Of a stretch of 64,000 nt of DNA, positions 1-8,779 are shown piece by piece. Position 1 is the first letter of the stretch. Each line of letters starts with the position of its first letter. The position numbers and the translations under genes are program-made. Under the pieces are notes generated by a model that made no database searches, was not told where the DNA came from, and was given only the letters and a program-made list of their open reading frames with translations. The stretch is from an uncultured Chloroflexia bacterium (GTDB lineage Bacteria; Chloroflexota; Limnocylindria; Limnocylindrales; CSP1-4), in contig CAWDUR010000033.1 of the NCBI GenBank assembly GCA_963805585.1, forward strand, positions 68,135 to 132,134. The letters are read 5' to 3'.

Positions 1-154
1 TGCGGTCCGCCCGAAACGCGTCGAGGGCCCAGTACTGCAGGAAGACGTGGACGGGACGGCCGAGGGCGGCTGCCCCGGCGGTCATGACCGCGGCGGCGTT
101 GAGCTTGTCGTCGGTGCCGCTGAAGAGCACCAGAGCCAGGGGCTGGTCGTCCAT
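1..154 (-). CDS. DsrE/DsrF-like (COG2210-type) sulfur-relay / peroxiredoxin-like protein, N-terminal 51 codons only (gene runs off the left edge)
   Basis: Not in the ORF track because it is edge-truncated. The reverse strand from ATG 154-152 reads MDDQPLALVLFSGTDDKLNAAAVMTAGAAALGRPVHVFLQYWALDAFRADR, which fits the DsrE-like N-terminal pattern (FSGT.DK..A...A.GAAA.G..V..F..W). A purine-rich GAGGGAAA lies just upstream. It sits directly downstream of the ArsR gene on the same strand. Confidence 0.55.
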   Translation of the reverse strand, partial: MDDQPLALVLFSGTDDKLNAAAVMTAGAAALGRPVHVFLQYWALDAFRADR

Positions 155-170
155 GGGTCGTTTCCCTCGT

Positions 171-542
171 CTAGGTGGCTAGCTGGCCGTGGTCGGTCCG
201 GGCTCGGCCTCGGCCCTCGATGACGGCCGACAGTTCCGCGTATCGGGCCAGTCGGCGCCGCATGACCTGGGCCATCAGATCGCAGGCACCGATGACGCCC
301 GGGTCGGTGAGCCGGTAGACGGCGCCGCGGCCGTCCCGTTCTGCCTCCACGAGACCGGCCGCCCGCATCACGGCGAGGTGCTGTGAGGCGTTGGGCTGGC
401 TGATGCCAAGTTCGGCAGCCAGGCGGCCGACCTCATGCGGTTCTCGGGCGAGTAGATGCAGGATGGCGATGCGGGCCGGATGCGACAGCGTCCGGCAGAT
501 CTCCGCCTGCAGCTCGTGGATGGCGTCCATGGCTGGCATCAT
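171..542 (-). CDS. ArsR/SmtB-family HTH transcriptional regulator
   Basis: Intact 123-aa ORF. LSHPARIAILHLL...EVGRLAAELGISQPNASQHLAVMRAAGLV is the ArsR winged-helix signature. Confidence 0.9.
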   Translation of the reverse strand: MMPAMDAIHELQAEICRTLSHPARIAILHLLAREPHEVGRLAAELGISQPNASQHLAVMRAAGLVEAERDGRGAVYRLTDPGVIGACDLMAQVMRRRLARYAELSAVIEGRGRARTDHGQLAT

Positions 543-547
543 TCAAC

Positions 548-567
548 ATATGCGAACGTGCGCATGA
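548..567. promoter_or_regulatory. Candidate ArsR operator (short inverted repeat ATGCG-N6-CGCAT in an AT-richer patch abutting the arsR start codon)
   Basis: catATGCGaacgtgCGCATgag sits 6-25 nt upstream of the arsR ATG. It is one of the few AT-rich stretches nearby. The arms are only 5 bp, so support is weak. Confidence 0.3.
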
Positions 568-631
568 GTGCCAGGTGTCACGTCGAGACGGTGCCAGTCG
601 GCCTCCGGTGGCCAGCCTCGACCGACCGCCG

Positions 632-1414
632 TCAGGTCGTCGGGGAAGGACTGGGCTCCGAGGTCGGTGCGGGGGACGGCGCGGCGATCGCTGCAGTCGG
701 GTCGGCCGTCGGCGTGGAAGGCGTGTCGACCGCGGGCTCGATGCGCATCGAGTCGACCACGTGCGAGCGATGCCTCGAGGAGGCCGCCGAAGGGCACGCC
801 AGGGAAGGACTCGATGGCGATGACGATGACGTCTCCATCGACATCGACGGCCAGGAAGCGCGACTGCTGGTCGGCCACCTGGACGAACTCGCCACCCTCG
901 GCGATGGGCAGGGCCCAGATGAGCAGCCAGGGCAGGTCGCATTCCTCGTAGGCCGGCGTGGCGACATCCATCCAGAGGCCGCTGAAGCCGTCGACGTCCA
1001 GGGGGGACGGCGGTCCAGGGTTGAGATAGGGATTGCCGCCGATGACCTCCATGAGTCGCGGCACCGTGGTCTCCACGGACGTCAGCGAGCTCGGGTCGCA
1101 GGAGTCAAGGAAGACGTCACCGTCGAAACGGGTAACGCTGAGCACGGTGCCCGGCTCGTCGGTCCGCTCGAGGGTGAAGATGGGCCCATCGCCCGAGGGA
1201 CCCACGAGCCAGCCGTCATCGACCCGGAACTCGATGCGCGGGCCGACGACGCTGCTCGCGTAGCGGCCCGCCGGGAGTTCCGTCCCGGGCTCCGGCAAGG
1301 GCTCGGCGTTGGCGTCCTGGCCGTTCACGGCGAGCGGCGCCAGGAGGGACAGGGCGGCGGCCAGGACGCAGGCCCGAGGCGGAACGTGCGAGGCGCAGGC
1401 GCGGCGTCGGTCAT
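632..1414 (-). CDS. Secreted hypothetical protein (signal peptide, Pro/Thr/Ser-rich C-terminal tail); frame broken at least twice as assembled
   Basis: The core is track ORF 543..1328. The N-terminus continues upstream as MTDAAPAPRTFRLG (ATG 1414, another frame), then the signal-like ..VLAAALSLLAPLAVNGQDA. Near ~770 the plausible sequence moves into the frame of ORF 632..967 (..HVVDSMRIEPAVDTPSTPTADPTAAIAAPSPAPTSEPSPSPTT*). The track frame meanwhile degenerates into Arg/His-rich read-through. Confidence 0.5.
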
Positions 1415-1424
1415 GGCTGCGGGC

Positions 1425-2225
1425 TCAGCCAGCCGCCGCTGCGGCAGCGATGCGTTCCTTGAGGGCATCCCATTCCGGGAACGCCTGTCTGCACTTCGCC
1501 GTTGATGACCACTGACGGGGTACTGTTGATCCTCGAGCGCGGCACCCTCGGCGGCCTCCGCCTGCACGGCCTGCAGGTTAGCCGGGATCTTCCATCGCGG
1601 CCAGGAACGTCTCTCGGTCGAGGTCGAGCAGCTCGGCCATGTCGGCGAGACGATCGAGTGAGAAGGCGCCCTGGTTCTCACCCTCCTGGTTGTGGAAGAC
1701 GAGAGCGTGGTAGTCCCAGAACTTGCCGTCCATCTCCTCGGCCACGCGCATGGCGACGGCGGCATCCAGCGATTCCTGGCCGAGGAAGGGGAAGTCCCGG
1801 TAGGTCAGGAAGACCTGGCCATCGGTCACCGGCCCGGCGATGAGGAGCGGCTCGATGCGTTTTGTGTACAGGCCGCAGGCCGGGCACTGCGGGTCCTCGA
1901 AGACGTCGACCTTGACGGGCGCCGCGGGGTCACCCAGGCTGCGGCCCACGCGCAGCTCTGCCGCAGGCGCTGGCACCTCTGGCACGGAGACCGCGGGCAG
2001 CTTGTCGTCCTCGAACCCCCCGCTCACGACGACCAGTGCCGCGATGACCAGCAAGGCGACCGCGATGGCCGCAGCCGTGATGAGCCACATGGAGCGACCA
2101 GAGGACGGCGAGCTGCTGGCAGCTGGCGCACCCGACCGGCGTGACGTTCGCTCAGCGGCGCGGCGCTCCTTGCGGCTGGGGCCCTGGCCGGAGGTGGACG
2201 GATCAGCTGCGTTGGTCATCGTCAT
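1425..2225 (-). CDS. Membrane-anchored DsbA-family thiol:disulfide oxidoreductase; last ~50 codons broken by about three frame changes as assembled
   Basis: ORF 1578..2225 has a TM anchor (WLITAAAIAVALLVIAALVVV) and a thioredoxin fold with a CPAC active site (VFEDPQCPACGLY). Downstream pieces in other frames restore the family C-terminus: LQAVQAEAAEGAAL / GINSTPSVVINGEVQTG / EWDALKERIAAAAAAG* (stop at 1427-1425). Confidence 0.8.
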
Positions 2226-2353
2226 CTCACCATGCGGGGGGATTCGGTCATGGACGTGACAGGATAGGGCCGACGCCGCGAAGCCGCAGGTGGTGTGACG
2301 CGGGAGCCGTCGTCCAGTCCGGGTTCGTGTTCGAGCGCCGGTGCCGCCGTCCC

Positions 2354-2788
2354 TCAGCCGGACCGTGCTCGATCGGGTGCCATCGGACGACGGGCCACCA
2401 CGACATCGGCCCGGGCGTTGGCAGCGACGTGTGCGGTGACACTCTCCATCCAGGGCCGGCCCTCCTTCAGGGCTCGGCTGCTGCCCAGCACGATGGTGTC
2501 ATAGCCACGCTCGTTGGCAAGGCGCTCGATGGTTTCAGCCGGATCGCCCGCAGGCTCGATGAGACCGGCCTCGACACCATGGTCGCGCAGGATGCCGCGC
2601 GCCTCGACGAGCTCGCGGGCGTGCTCCACCGCGGGATCATCGACCTTGTCAGCGCGCTCTGCGGATCCCGTCGGCACGACGCTCACGACGTCCACTCGGG
2701 CCCCGAAGGCATGGGCCAACCGAGCCGCCATCTCCAGGGCCCGGTGACCGGCCTCGTGCCCGTCGTACGCCACCAGGATCTTCTTCAT
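2354..2788 (-). CDS. Universal stress protein (UspA family)
   Basis: Intact 144-aa ORF with MKKILVAYDGHEAGHRALEMAARLA...DTIVLGSS...SVTAHVAANARADVVVA, the typical USP alpha/beta ATP-binding-fold pattern. Confidence 0.85.
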   Translation of the reverse strand: MKKILVAYDGHEAGHRALEMAARLAHAFGARVDVVSVVPTGSAERADKVDDPAVEHARELVEARGILRDHGVEAGLIEPAGDPAETIERLANERGYDTIVLGSSRALKEGRPWMESVTAHVAANARADVVVARRPMAPDRARSG

Positions 2789-3322
2789 GCGACCCTCCGC
2801 GTATCACCCGAGCCTGACGCGCCGCATCGGGCGGCCCGCCAGCCATCGTCGTCGCCGGCACCGGCACGGCACAGATCCGAGGTGTCAGGAAGGCCGGGCC
2901 GAAGGTCCCGAAGCGAGAGGGTCGGCCTCCGCCACGGTGAGCGGCGCCAGCCGCGCGTCGGCCGCTGACCGGAGCCCGTGGTCGGGGCCAGGAAATCGAC
3001 GGCGGCGTCCCGGTGACACCGAGACGCCGCATTGGGCAGCCAAGAGAAGGTGGCGCTCGCCCGCTCCCCCCGACGGGTCACCCCGTCGCGGGCGAGCACC
3101 GGTCGATCGCGGACAACCGGTCAAGGAGCGGTCCACGAACGAACGCCCCGATCGTGGCCGGGCTCGGCCGGCCTGACGATGGCCGGATGGCCCCCATCGG
3201 CAGGCCGATCGGCCCGACACGGCGACGACTTCGCGGGGCGATCAGGTTCGGTCCGGGTGGCCACATCTCAGCATGCCGTTCGGCTCCCCCGGCGCATGCG
3301 CGGTCGTGAGAAACTTGTACTC

Positions 3323-3808
3323 GTGAGGTTGGAATTGACGCACCGCGGCGCCTACGCCATCCGCGCCGTGCTGACGCTAGCACGCGAGGACGGCGGCATC
3401 GTGGTGCCCGCGCGCACGATCGCCCAACGCATGGAGATCCCGGTGCGCTTCCTGCCCCAGGTGCTCGGTGACCTGAGCCGCGCCGGGATCGTCGAGGCCC
3501 GTCTGGGTCGTGCCGGGGGCTACCGGCTGGGCAAGGAGCCAACAGACATCAGCGTGCTCGACATCATCGAGGCCACGGAGGGGGACACCCGCCGCCAGAC
3601 CTGCGTGCTGACGGGACTGCGCTGCGGGGAGGCGAAGGTCGACTGCGACGTCCACGTCGTGTTCTCGGAGGCGCAGGTCGCCATCCTCACCCGGCTGGCG
3701 GAGACCACGGTCGCTGACGTCCTGGCCACGTCTGCCTTCGATGCGGTCGTCTCCGAGGTCGATGCGTCCGTGGGCGCCCTGCCGGCACCGCTGGTGGCGA
3801 CTGCCTGA
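3323..3808 (+). CDS. Rrf2-family transcriptional regulator with a three-Cys cluster (NsrR/IscR-like, possible Fe-S sensor)
   Basis: GTG 3323 is in frame with track ORF 3032..3808 and gives (M)RLELTHRGAYAIRAVLTLA...RFLPQVLGDLSRAGIVEARLGRAGGYRL (Rrf2 wHTH). The Cys cluster is TCVLTGLRCGEAKVDC (C-x6-C-x6-C). The 97 upstream codons of the track ORF look like Arg/Pro-rich read-through. Confidence 0.8.
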   Translation: MRLELTHRGAYAIRAVLTLAREDGGIVVPARTIAQRMEIPVRFLPQVLGDLSRAGIVEARLGRAGGYRLGKEPTDISVLDIIEATEGDTRRQTCVLTGLRCGEAKVDCDVHVVFSEAQVAILTRLAETTVADVLATSAFDAVVSEVDASVGALPAPLVATA

Positions 3809-3866
3809 ACGGGCTCCTGAGAGCATGCGCACGGGCGCGCTCGCCGAAGTCGGGGGGCCCGAGACC

Positions 3867-4580
3867 TCAGAAGCTGGACCCGGGCTTGTGCTTGGCCACG
3901 TAGGCAGCAGCCTGTGCGCGGCGCTGTAGGTTCAATTTGGAGAGGATCGAACTGACGTAGTTCTTGACGGTCTTGTCCGACAGGAAGACCTCGGCGGCGA
4001 TCTCCTTGTTGGTCTTGCCCTCGGCGACCAGCAGCAGGATCTTCTGCTCCTGGGCAGTGAGCTGCGCGAACTCGTCGGTGTAGGCGCTCGTGGCGATCCG
4101 TCGCACGCGCTCAAGGACCTTCTCGGTGACGGCCGGGTCGAGCAGTGACTCGCCGCGACCGACGGCTTCCAGGGCCGAGATGAGGTCGCGAGCCCGGACC
4201 TGCTTGAGCAGATATCCGCTGGCCCCGGCCACGATGGCTGAGAGGACCGCCTCCTCGTCGGGGTAGCTGGTCAGCATGACCACCCGGATGTGCGGGTGCT
4301 CGGAACGGATCTCGCGACAGGCCTCGATGCCAGAGCCATCAGGCAGGCGCACATCCATGATCACGAGATCCGGCACGAAGCGGTCCACGGCCAGCAGCGC
4401 CTCCTCGACCGTGCCGGCCTCAGCGACGACCTGGAAGGCCTCCCGTCGGTTGAGCAGGGCGGCCAAGCCCTGGCGCACGACCTCGTGGTCGTCGACGACC
4501 AGCAACCGCAGGGTCTTGCCTGAAGGCGCGCTGTCGCCGGAGTGTCGGGGAATGCCCCGGACCTCCATCGGGTCTGTCAT
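3867..4580 (-). CDS. NarL/FixJ (LuxR C-terminal) family response regulator, DevR/DosR-like
   Basis: Intact 237-aa ORF. Receiver domain: LRLLVVDDHEVV...DLVIMDVRLPDGSGIEA...MLTS. LuxR HTH: LTAQEQKILLLVAEGKTNKEIAAEVFLSDKTVKNYVSSILSKL. Overlaps the upstream kinase gene by 4 nt. Confidence 0.9.
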   Translation of the reverse strand: MTDPMEVRGIPRHSGDSAPSGKTLRLLVVDDHEVVRQGLAALLNRREAFQVVAEAGTVEEALLAVDRFVPDLVIMDVRLPDGSGIEACREIRSEHPHIRVVMLTSYPDEEAVLSAIVAGASGYLLKQVRARDLISALEAVGRGESLLDPAVTEKVLERVRRIATSAYTDEFAQLTAQEQKILLLVAEGKTNKEIAAEVFLSDKTVKNYVSSILSKLNLQRRAQAAAYVAKHKPGSSF

Positions 4581-5860
4581 GTGCTCGACTCCTTGGCTCG
4601 GCCGCGCTCGCCTCGCGGTGTCTCGAAGACCACGCGGGTGCCGTGCGGATCGCTCTCGATCGTAAGTGCGCCACCGAGCGACTCGGCGCGCGCGTGCATG
4701 TTGGTGAGGCCATGGTGGCCGAGCCGCTGGCTCTCTGCGGTGTCGAACCCGCGACCGTCGTCGATGATAGACAGGCGCAGCACATCCCGGCGGTCCTCGA
4801 CATTGACGCTCACCTTCGCGGCTCCCGAGTGACGAGCGACATTGCTCATGGCCTCTCGGGTGAGTTGGATGAGCTGGAGGGTCTCGTCCGGGTCGAGCTG
4901 CACCTCGGGGTCGCTCGTGAGTTCGACCTCGATGGTGGTGCTGCGCTCGAACTCGTCGGCCAGGGCCGTCAGACCGGCCAGCAGGTCGACGGCGCGCCGA
5001 GCCTCTGGATCGAGGCCCATGATGAAGTCGCGGATCTCCTGGATGGTGCCGTGGATGGACTCGATGGCGTGGTCGATCCGGTCGACCGCCTGGGAGGTGT
5101 CGAGGTGCATGAGCTCCTCGGTGTCCTCGAGGGCCAGGCTCACGGCGTAGAGTGACTGGATCGAGCCGTCGTGCAGGTCCTGGGCGATGCGCTCGCGCTC
5201 CTGGAGCACCGCCAGCTGGCGCAGCTCCTCGTGCATGCGGGCGTTATGGATGGCCAGCCCGGCGTGGCGGGCGAACGACTCCACGAGGTGTTCGTCTTCC
5301 TCGCTGAAGCCGCCGCCGCCAGACTTGTCCGTCAGGTAGAGGTTGCCGATGGCGCGACCCTCCACGCGGACGGGTACGCTCAGGAAGCTGTGCATGACCG
5401 GGTGGTGAAGCGGGAAGGCCGCGCTGCGGGGGTCCTCGGAGATATCCGGCACACGAAACGGGCGGTCCTCGCGGATCGCCACGCCCAGCAGTCCATGGCC
5501 GCGGGGCGGGTGGGCGATGGCACGCCGCACGTCGTCGCCCACGCCACTGGTGATGAACCGCTCCAGGGTGCCACGGTCGTCCGGGATGCCCAGCGCCGCG
5601 TATCGCGCTGCGACCAGTGGGCGCACGCTGTCCACGATGATCTGGAGCACCCGCTCCAGCGAGAGCTCCTGAGAGATGGCCACCGTCGCGGCATCGAGGG
5701 CTTCCAAGCGCCGCCGGGCCTCTTGGGCCGCCGCGGCCCAATCTTCCGCGGTCCGGATGGCCGCGGCGAGCTCTTCACGCGTGGGGCCGCTCTCCGCCCG
5801 GTCACCATCAACGGCGCCTGAGACGTGACTGGTTCCTGTCCTGGGAAAGCCCTGCTCCAT
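4577..5860 (-). CDS. GAF-domain sensor histidine kinase (HisKA_3 / NarX-DevS type)
   Basis: Intact 427-aa ORF. GAF region: LERVLQIIVDSVRPLVAARYAALGI...SFLSVPVRVEGRAIGNLYLTDK. H-box: ERERIAQDLHDGSIQSLYAV. HATPase_c: NVARHSGA...IIDDGRGF...GHHGLTNMHARAESLGG. Confidence 0.9.
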   Translation of the reverse strand: MEQGFPRTGTSHVSGAVDGDRAESGPTREELAAAIRTAEDWAAAAQEARRRLEALDAATVAISQELSLERVLQIIVDSVRPLVAARYAALGIPDDRGTLERFITSGVGDDVRRAIAHPPRGHGLLGVAIREDRPFRVPDISEDPRSAAFPLHHPVMHSFLSVPVRVEGRAIGNLYLTDKSGGGGFSEEDEHLVESFARHAGLAIHNARMHEELRQLAVLQERERIAQDLHDGSIQSLYAVSLALEDTEELMHLDTSQAVDRIDHAIESIHGTIQEIRDFIMGLDPEARRAVDLLAGLTALADEFERSTTIEVELTSDPEVQLDPDETLQLIQLTREAMSNVARHSGAAKVSVNVEDRRDVLRLSIIDDGRGFDTAESQRLGHHGLTNMHARAESLGGALTIESDPHGTRVVFETPRGERGRAKESST

Positions 5861-6119
5861 GTGGTCAATCTACCAGTCCTGAGATGACCAATGGCCCCCG
5901 CCGACCCTCCTGACGGCTCTGCGACCTTCCTTCGGGGCCGATACCCTTCCGCCATGCATGCCAAGAACATCCCCCCGATGACCGATGAGGCCATGCCCGA
6001 GAGCCCAGTCGCCGAGCGGCAGGTCGAAGCAGCCTCCTCGGAGGTGCTGGCGGCCGCACCGGCTCGAGCGCCGGCACGGTCCCAGCGCCGACCCCGGCAT
6101 CCTGGTGCCCACGTCGCTC

Positions 6120-7310
6120 ATGGTGCAGTCCAGGCGTGGCTTCCTGCGAGGTGCCCTCGCCGTGGCGGGCGGCACGGCCGCGGCCGCCGCTCTGGCTGCC
6201 TGTGCGCCGGCGGCCGGCAGCGCCTGGTCGTATGCACCCCTTCGCTCGCTGACAGCGGCCGCCACTGCAGCTCCTGACGGGGAGGCAGCCGCATCCCCCG
6301 CCGCGGCATCGTCCACCGAGCCGCTCACGCAGCCGGTCGCCAGCGAGCCCCTGCCGCCCGGCTGGACCGAGCACGACATGGCCGCGCGCGACAAGGTTCG
6401 GCGCTTCGTGGGCAACCTGGCCGTTCCGCTGGGCCTGGCGCCCTACATCGGCGAGCCGGAGCAGGATCCCGAGTTCACGATGGTGCAGCACGGCAACCAG
6501 CCGCTGGAGCCTACGATCGATGGCGACACCAAGGTCTTCGACCTGACCATCGACGCCATGAACTGGCAGATCGACGTCATGAAGGAGCCGGTCGCTGCGC
6601 TCGGCTACAACAAGTCGTGGCCTGGCCCCGCCCTGCGCGTGACCGAGGGGGACAAGGTCCGCGTCAACTTCACCAACAACCTCGACGAGACGACGGGCGT
6701 CCACTTCCACGGCATCGACTTCGCTGACTTCCGCATGGACGGCATCCCGTTCGTGACGCAGTTGCCCATCACGCCGGGCGAGACGTTCACCTACGAGTTC
6801 GTGGCCTCGCCGTCCGGTTCGCACATGTACCACTCGCACCACAACGCCACCGACCAGGTCGGTCGAGGCCTGCTGGGTGCCTTCATCGTCGATCCCGCCG
6901 ATCCCGCCGAGCGCTACGACCAGAAGTACGGCGTGACCCAGGAGTACATCTTCATCCACAACGACTCGCTGGGCGGCTTCACCATCAACGGCCACGGCTT
7001 CCCGGCCACCGCGCCGATCGTGGCCAAGAAGGGCGAGCGCGTCCTCATCCGCTACATGAACGAGGGCGTGATGATGCATCCGTGGCACACCCACGGGTTC
7101 CGACAGCACGTCGTGGCTCGGGACGGCGCGCCCCTCGGATCGGCGGCCTTCTACGCCGACACGCTCGGCGTCAACCCGGGCGAGCGCTTCGACATCATCG
7201 TCGAGGCTGATCGCGTGGGCGTCTGGGCGCTGCACTGCCACATCCTGCCGCACGTCGAAGGGCTCGACGGCATGTTCGGGATGGTCACCGCGCTCGTCGT
7301 CACCGAGTGA
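6120..7310 (+). CDS. Tat-exported multicopper oxidase (small, ~397 aa, laccase/CopA-like)
   Basis: ATG 6120, in frame with track ORF 5985..7310, gives the twin-arginine signal MVQSRRGFLRGALAVAGGTAAAAALAACAP. All four Cu-ligand motifs are present: HFHG, HSHH, HPWHTHG, HCHILPHVEGLDGM. Confidence 0.85.
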   Translation: MVQSRRGFLRGALAVAGGTAAAAALAACAPAAGSAWSYAPLRSLTAAATAAPDGEAAASPAAASSTEPLTQPVASEPLPPGWTEHDMAARDKVRRFVGNLAVPLGLAPYIGEPEQDPEFTMVQHGNQPLEPTIDGDTKVFDLTIDAMNWQIDVMKEPVAALGYNKSWPGPALRVTEGDKVRVNFTNNLDETTGVHFHGIDFADFRMDGIPFVTQLPITPGETFTYEFVASPSGSHMYHSHHNATDQVGRGLLGAFIVDPADPAERYDQKYGVTQEYIFIHNDSLGGFTINGHGFPATAPIVAKKGERVLIRYMNEGVMMHPWHTHGFRQHVVARDGAPLGSAAFYADTLGVNPGERFDIIVEADRVGVWALHCHILPHVEGLDGMFGMVTALVVTE

Positions 7311-7328
7311 CCGCAAGGTCCACCTAGG

Positions 7329-7829
7329 ATGGCCATGGGATTCTCGGCTTTCGACCCGGCCCTCGATGCAGCCGTGGTCGAGGTGCGGCCCTTCCAGACC
7401 ATCCTCCTGGCGACCGACCTGACGGTGTCCTCGAGAGAGGCCACCGCTCGCGCCATCGACCTGGCCAGACGCCTGGGCGCCCGGCTGCTCATCGTGAACG
7501 TGCTGGACAAGCGGCGCCTCGCCGGCGGCGGCTCTCATGAACGCGTGGACCAGGCGCGCGCCGAGCGCGAGACGCATCTCGTCAAGGTGGTGCGCGACGC
7601 GCGCGCCGCGGGGGTCACGGCAGAGTTCCTGGTCTGGGAGGGCGATCCCGGCAGCTCCATCAGCGCGGCCGCGGACGCGGAGCATGCTGACCTCGTCGTC
7701 GTCGGGACTCGTGGCCGCAGCGGCGCCGGGCGGATGCTCCTGGGTTCCGTGTCTGATCATGTCGTGCGCAATGCCGGGTGCCCGGTCCTCGTGGTACGGC
7801 CTCCGAGCCGTCATGGCAGCAGTACGTAG
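7329..7829 (+). CDS. Universal stress protein (UspA family)
   Basis: Intact 166-aa ORF 18 nt after the oxidase stop: ILLATDLTVSSREATARAIDLA...ADLVVVGTRGRSGAGRMLLGSVSDHVVRNAGCPVLVV. Confidence 0.85.
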   Translation: MAMGFSAFDPALDAAVVEVRPFQTILLATDLTVSSREATARAIDLARRLGARLLIVNVLDKRRLAGGGSHERVDQARAERETHLVKVVRDARAAGVTAEFLVWEGDPGSSISAAADAEHADLVVVGTRGRSGAGRMLLGSVSDHVVRNAGCPVLVVRPPSRHGSST

Positions 7830-8776
7830 AGGGCCCACGGCGAGGGGAGGGACCGCCGTACAGCGGGCGAGCCAGCGGCGATGGCTGCCATCCGTCGCGG
7901 TGGCGGCGAGCGTGGTCCTCGTCGCGCTGGGTTCGTCATGGGCCGCGGCGGCCACACCGGCGGCCGACACCGAACTGGATGTCGTCCTCGACTCGACGCA
8001 GCACTGGGTAGGGACGAACGACGTGCTTCTGAGCGTCTATGACAGCGAGGGGACGTCGCTTGCGGAGTCCGCGCACCCGCTGCTCCTGGAGTTGAGCGGG
8101 CCCTCCGGCCAGCGCCTGGCGGTGGAGCCTGCCATCGAGCAGTTCGCGACCTACGGGCGACGACTCTACCGGGCCCGCGTCCCTCTCGGCGAGGTGGGTC
8201 GCTGGGAGGTGCGCGCCAGCGCCGACGTGGCGGGCCGTTCCTTCACCGGCTCCACCATCCTGGATGTGTCGGCTGATGTGGGCACGCCGGCGCTCGGATC
8301 GAGCCGTGCCGGGAGGTGACACGCCGACCATGTTCGATGCCCACAGCCTCATGCACCACATCAGCTCGGACATCGAACCCCTTTCTGCCTTCTATACGTG
8401 GTCCCTCGATGACGCGCTGGCTCAGCACCAGCCGACCGTCTTCGTTCTGGACACCTATGCCGCCCGACCGAATGCCGCCTGCGGCGGCGCGCTCGGCCTG
8501 CTCCACGACGTGTTCATCGACTATCCGGGCTTGGTCGTCGTGCACGCGGAGCCATACCTGACCACGCCCGGTTCGGATGGCATGCTCCAGCTCGAACCAC
8601 CCGGCGGACCGCCCGTGCTGACCGACTACGCTACCGCCTGGGGCATCGCCGATCCGCCGTGGGTCTTCGTCATCGACCGCGACGGCCACCTCCAGGCAAA
8701 GTTCAACGGCGTCGTCGGAAGCGACGAGCTGCGCGCCGCCCTGGCCTCAGTCACCACGTGGCGGCCAGCGGCCTGA
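7813..8776 (+). CDS. Secreted two-domain protein (FixH/YtkA-like Ig-fold N-domain plus thioredoxin-fold C-domain lacking CxxC); one frame break near 8270-8320
   Basis: ATG 7813, in frame with ORF 7537..8319, gives MAAVRRGPTARGG..WLPSVAVAASVVLVALGSSWAAA (signal). It continues to ..DVSADVGTPALGS, then carries on in ORF 8264..8776 (..AVPGGDTPTMFDAHSL...PTVFVLDTYAA...VFVIDRDGHLQAKFNGVVGSDELRAAL). Confidence 0.5.
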
Positions 8777-8779
8777 CCT

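Noticed and set aside
2789-3322. Possible hidden gene or DosR-type box in the 534-bp USP-Rrf2 divergent intergenic region, including the hairpin CGACGGG-tcac-CCCGTCG near 3070
   Set aside because: None of the six frames gives a protein-like translation. The 7-bp hairpin is within chance expectation for this GC content and does not match the DosR half-site pattern. I left it unannotated.
5865-7970. 701-aa ORF on the minus strand, among the longest in the track
   Set aside because: It is antisense to the multicopper oxidase and USP genes. The translation is Arg/Gly/Ala/Asp-rich with no motifs. This is the usual stop-poor antisense frame of very GC-rich coding DNA.
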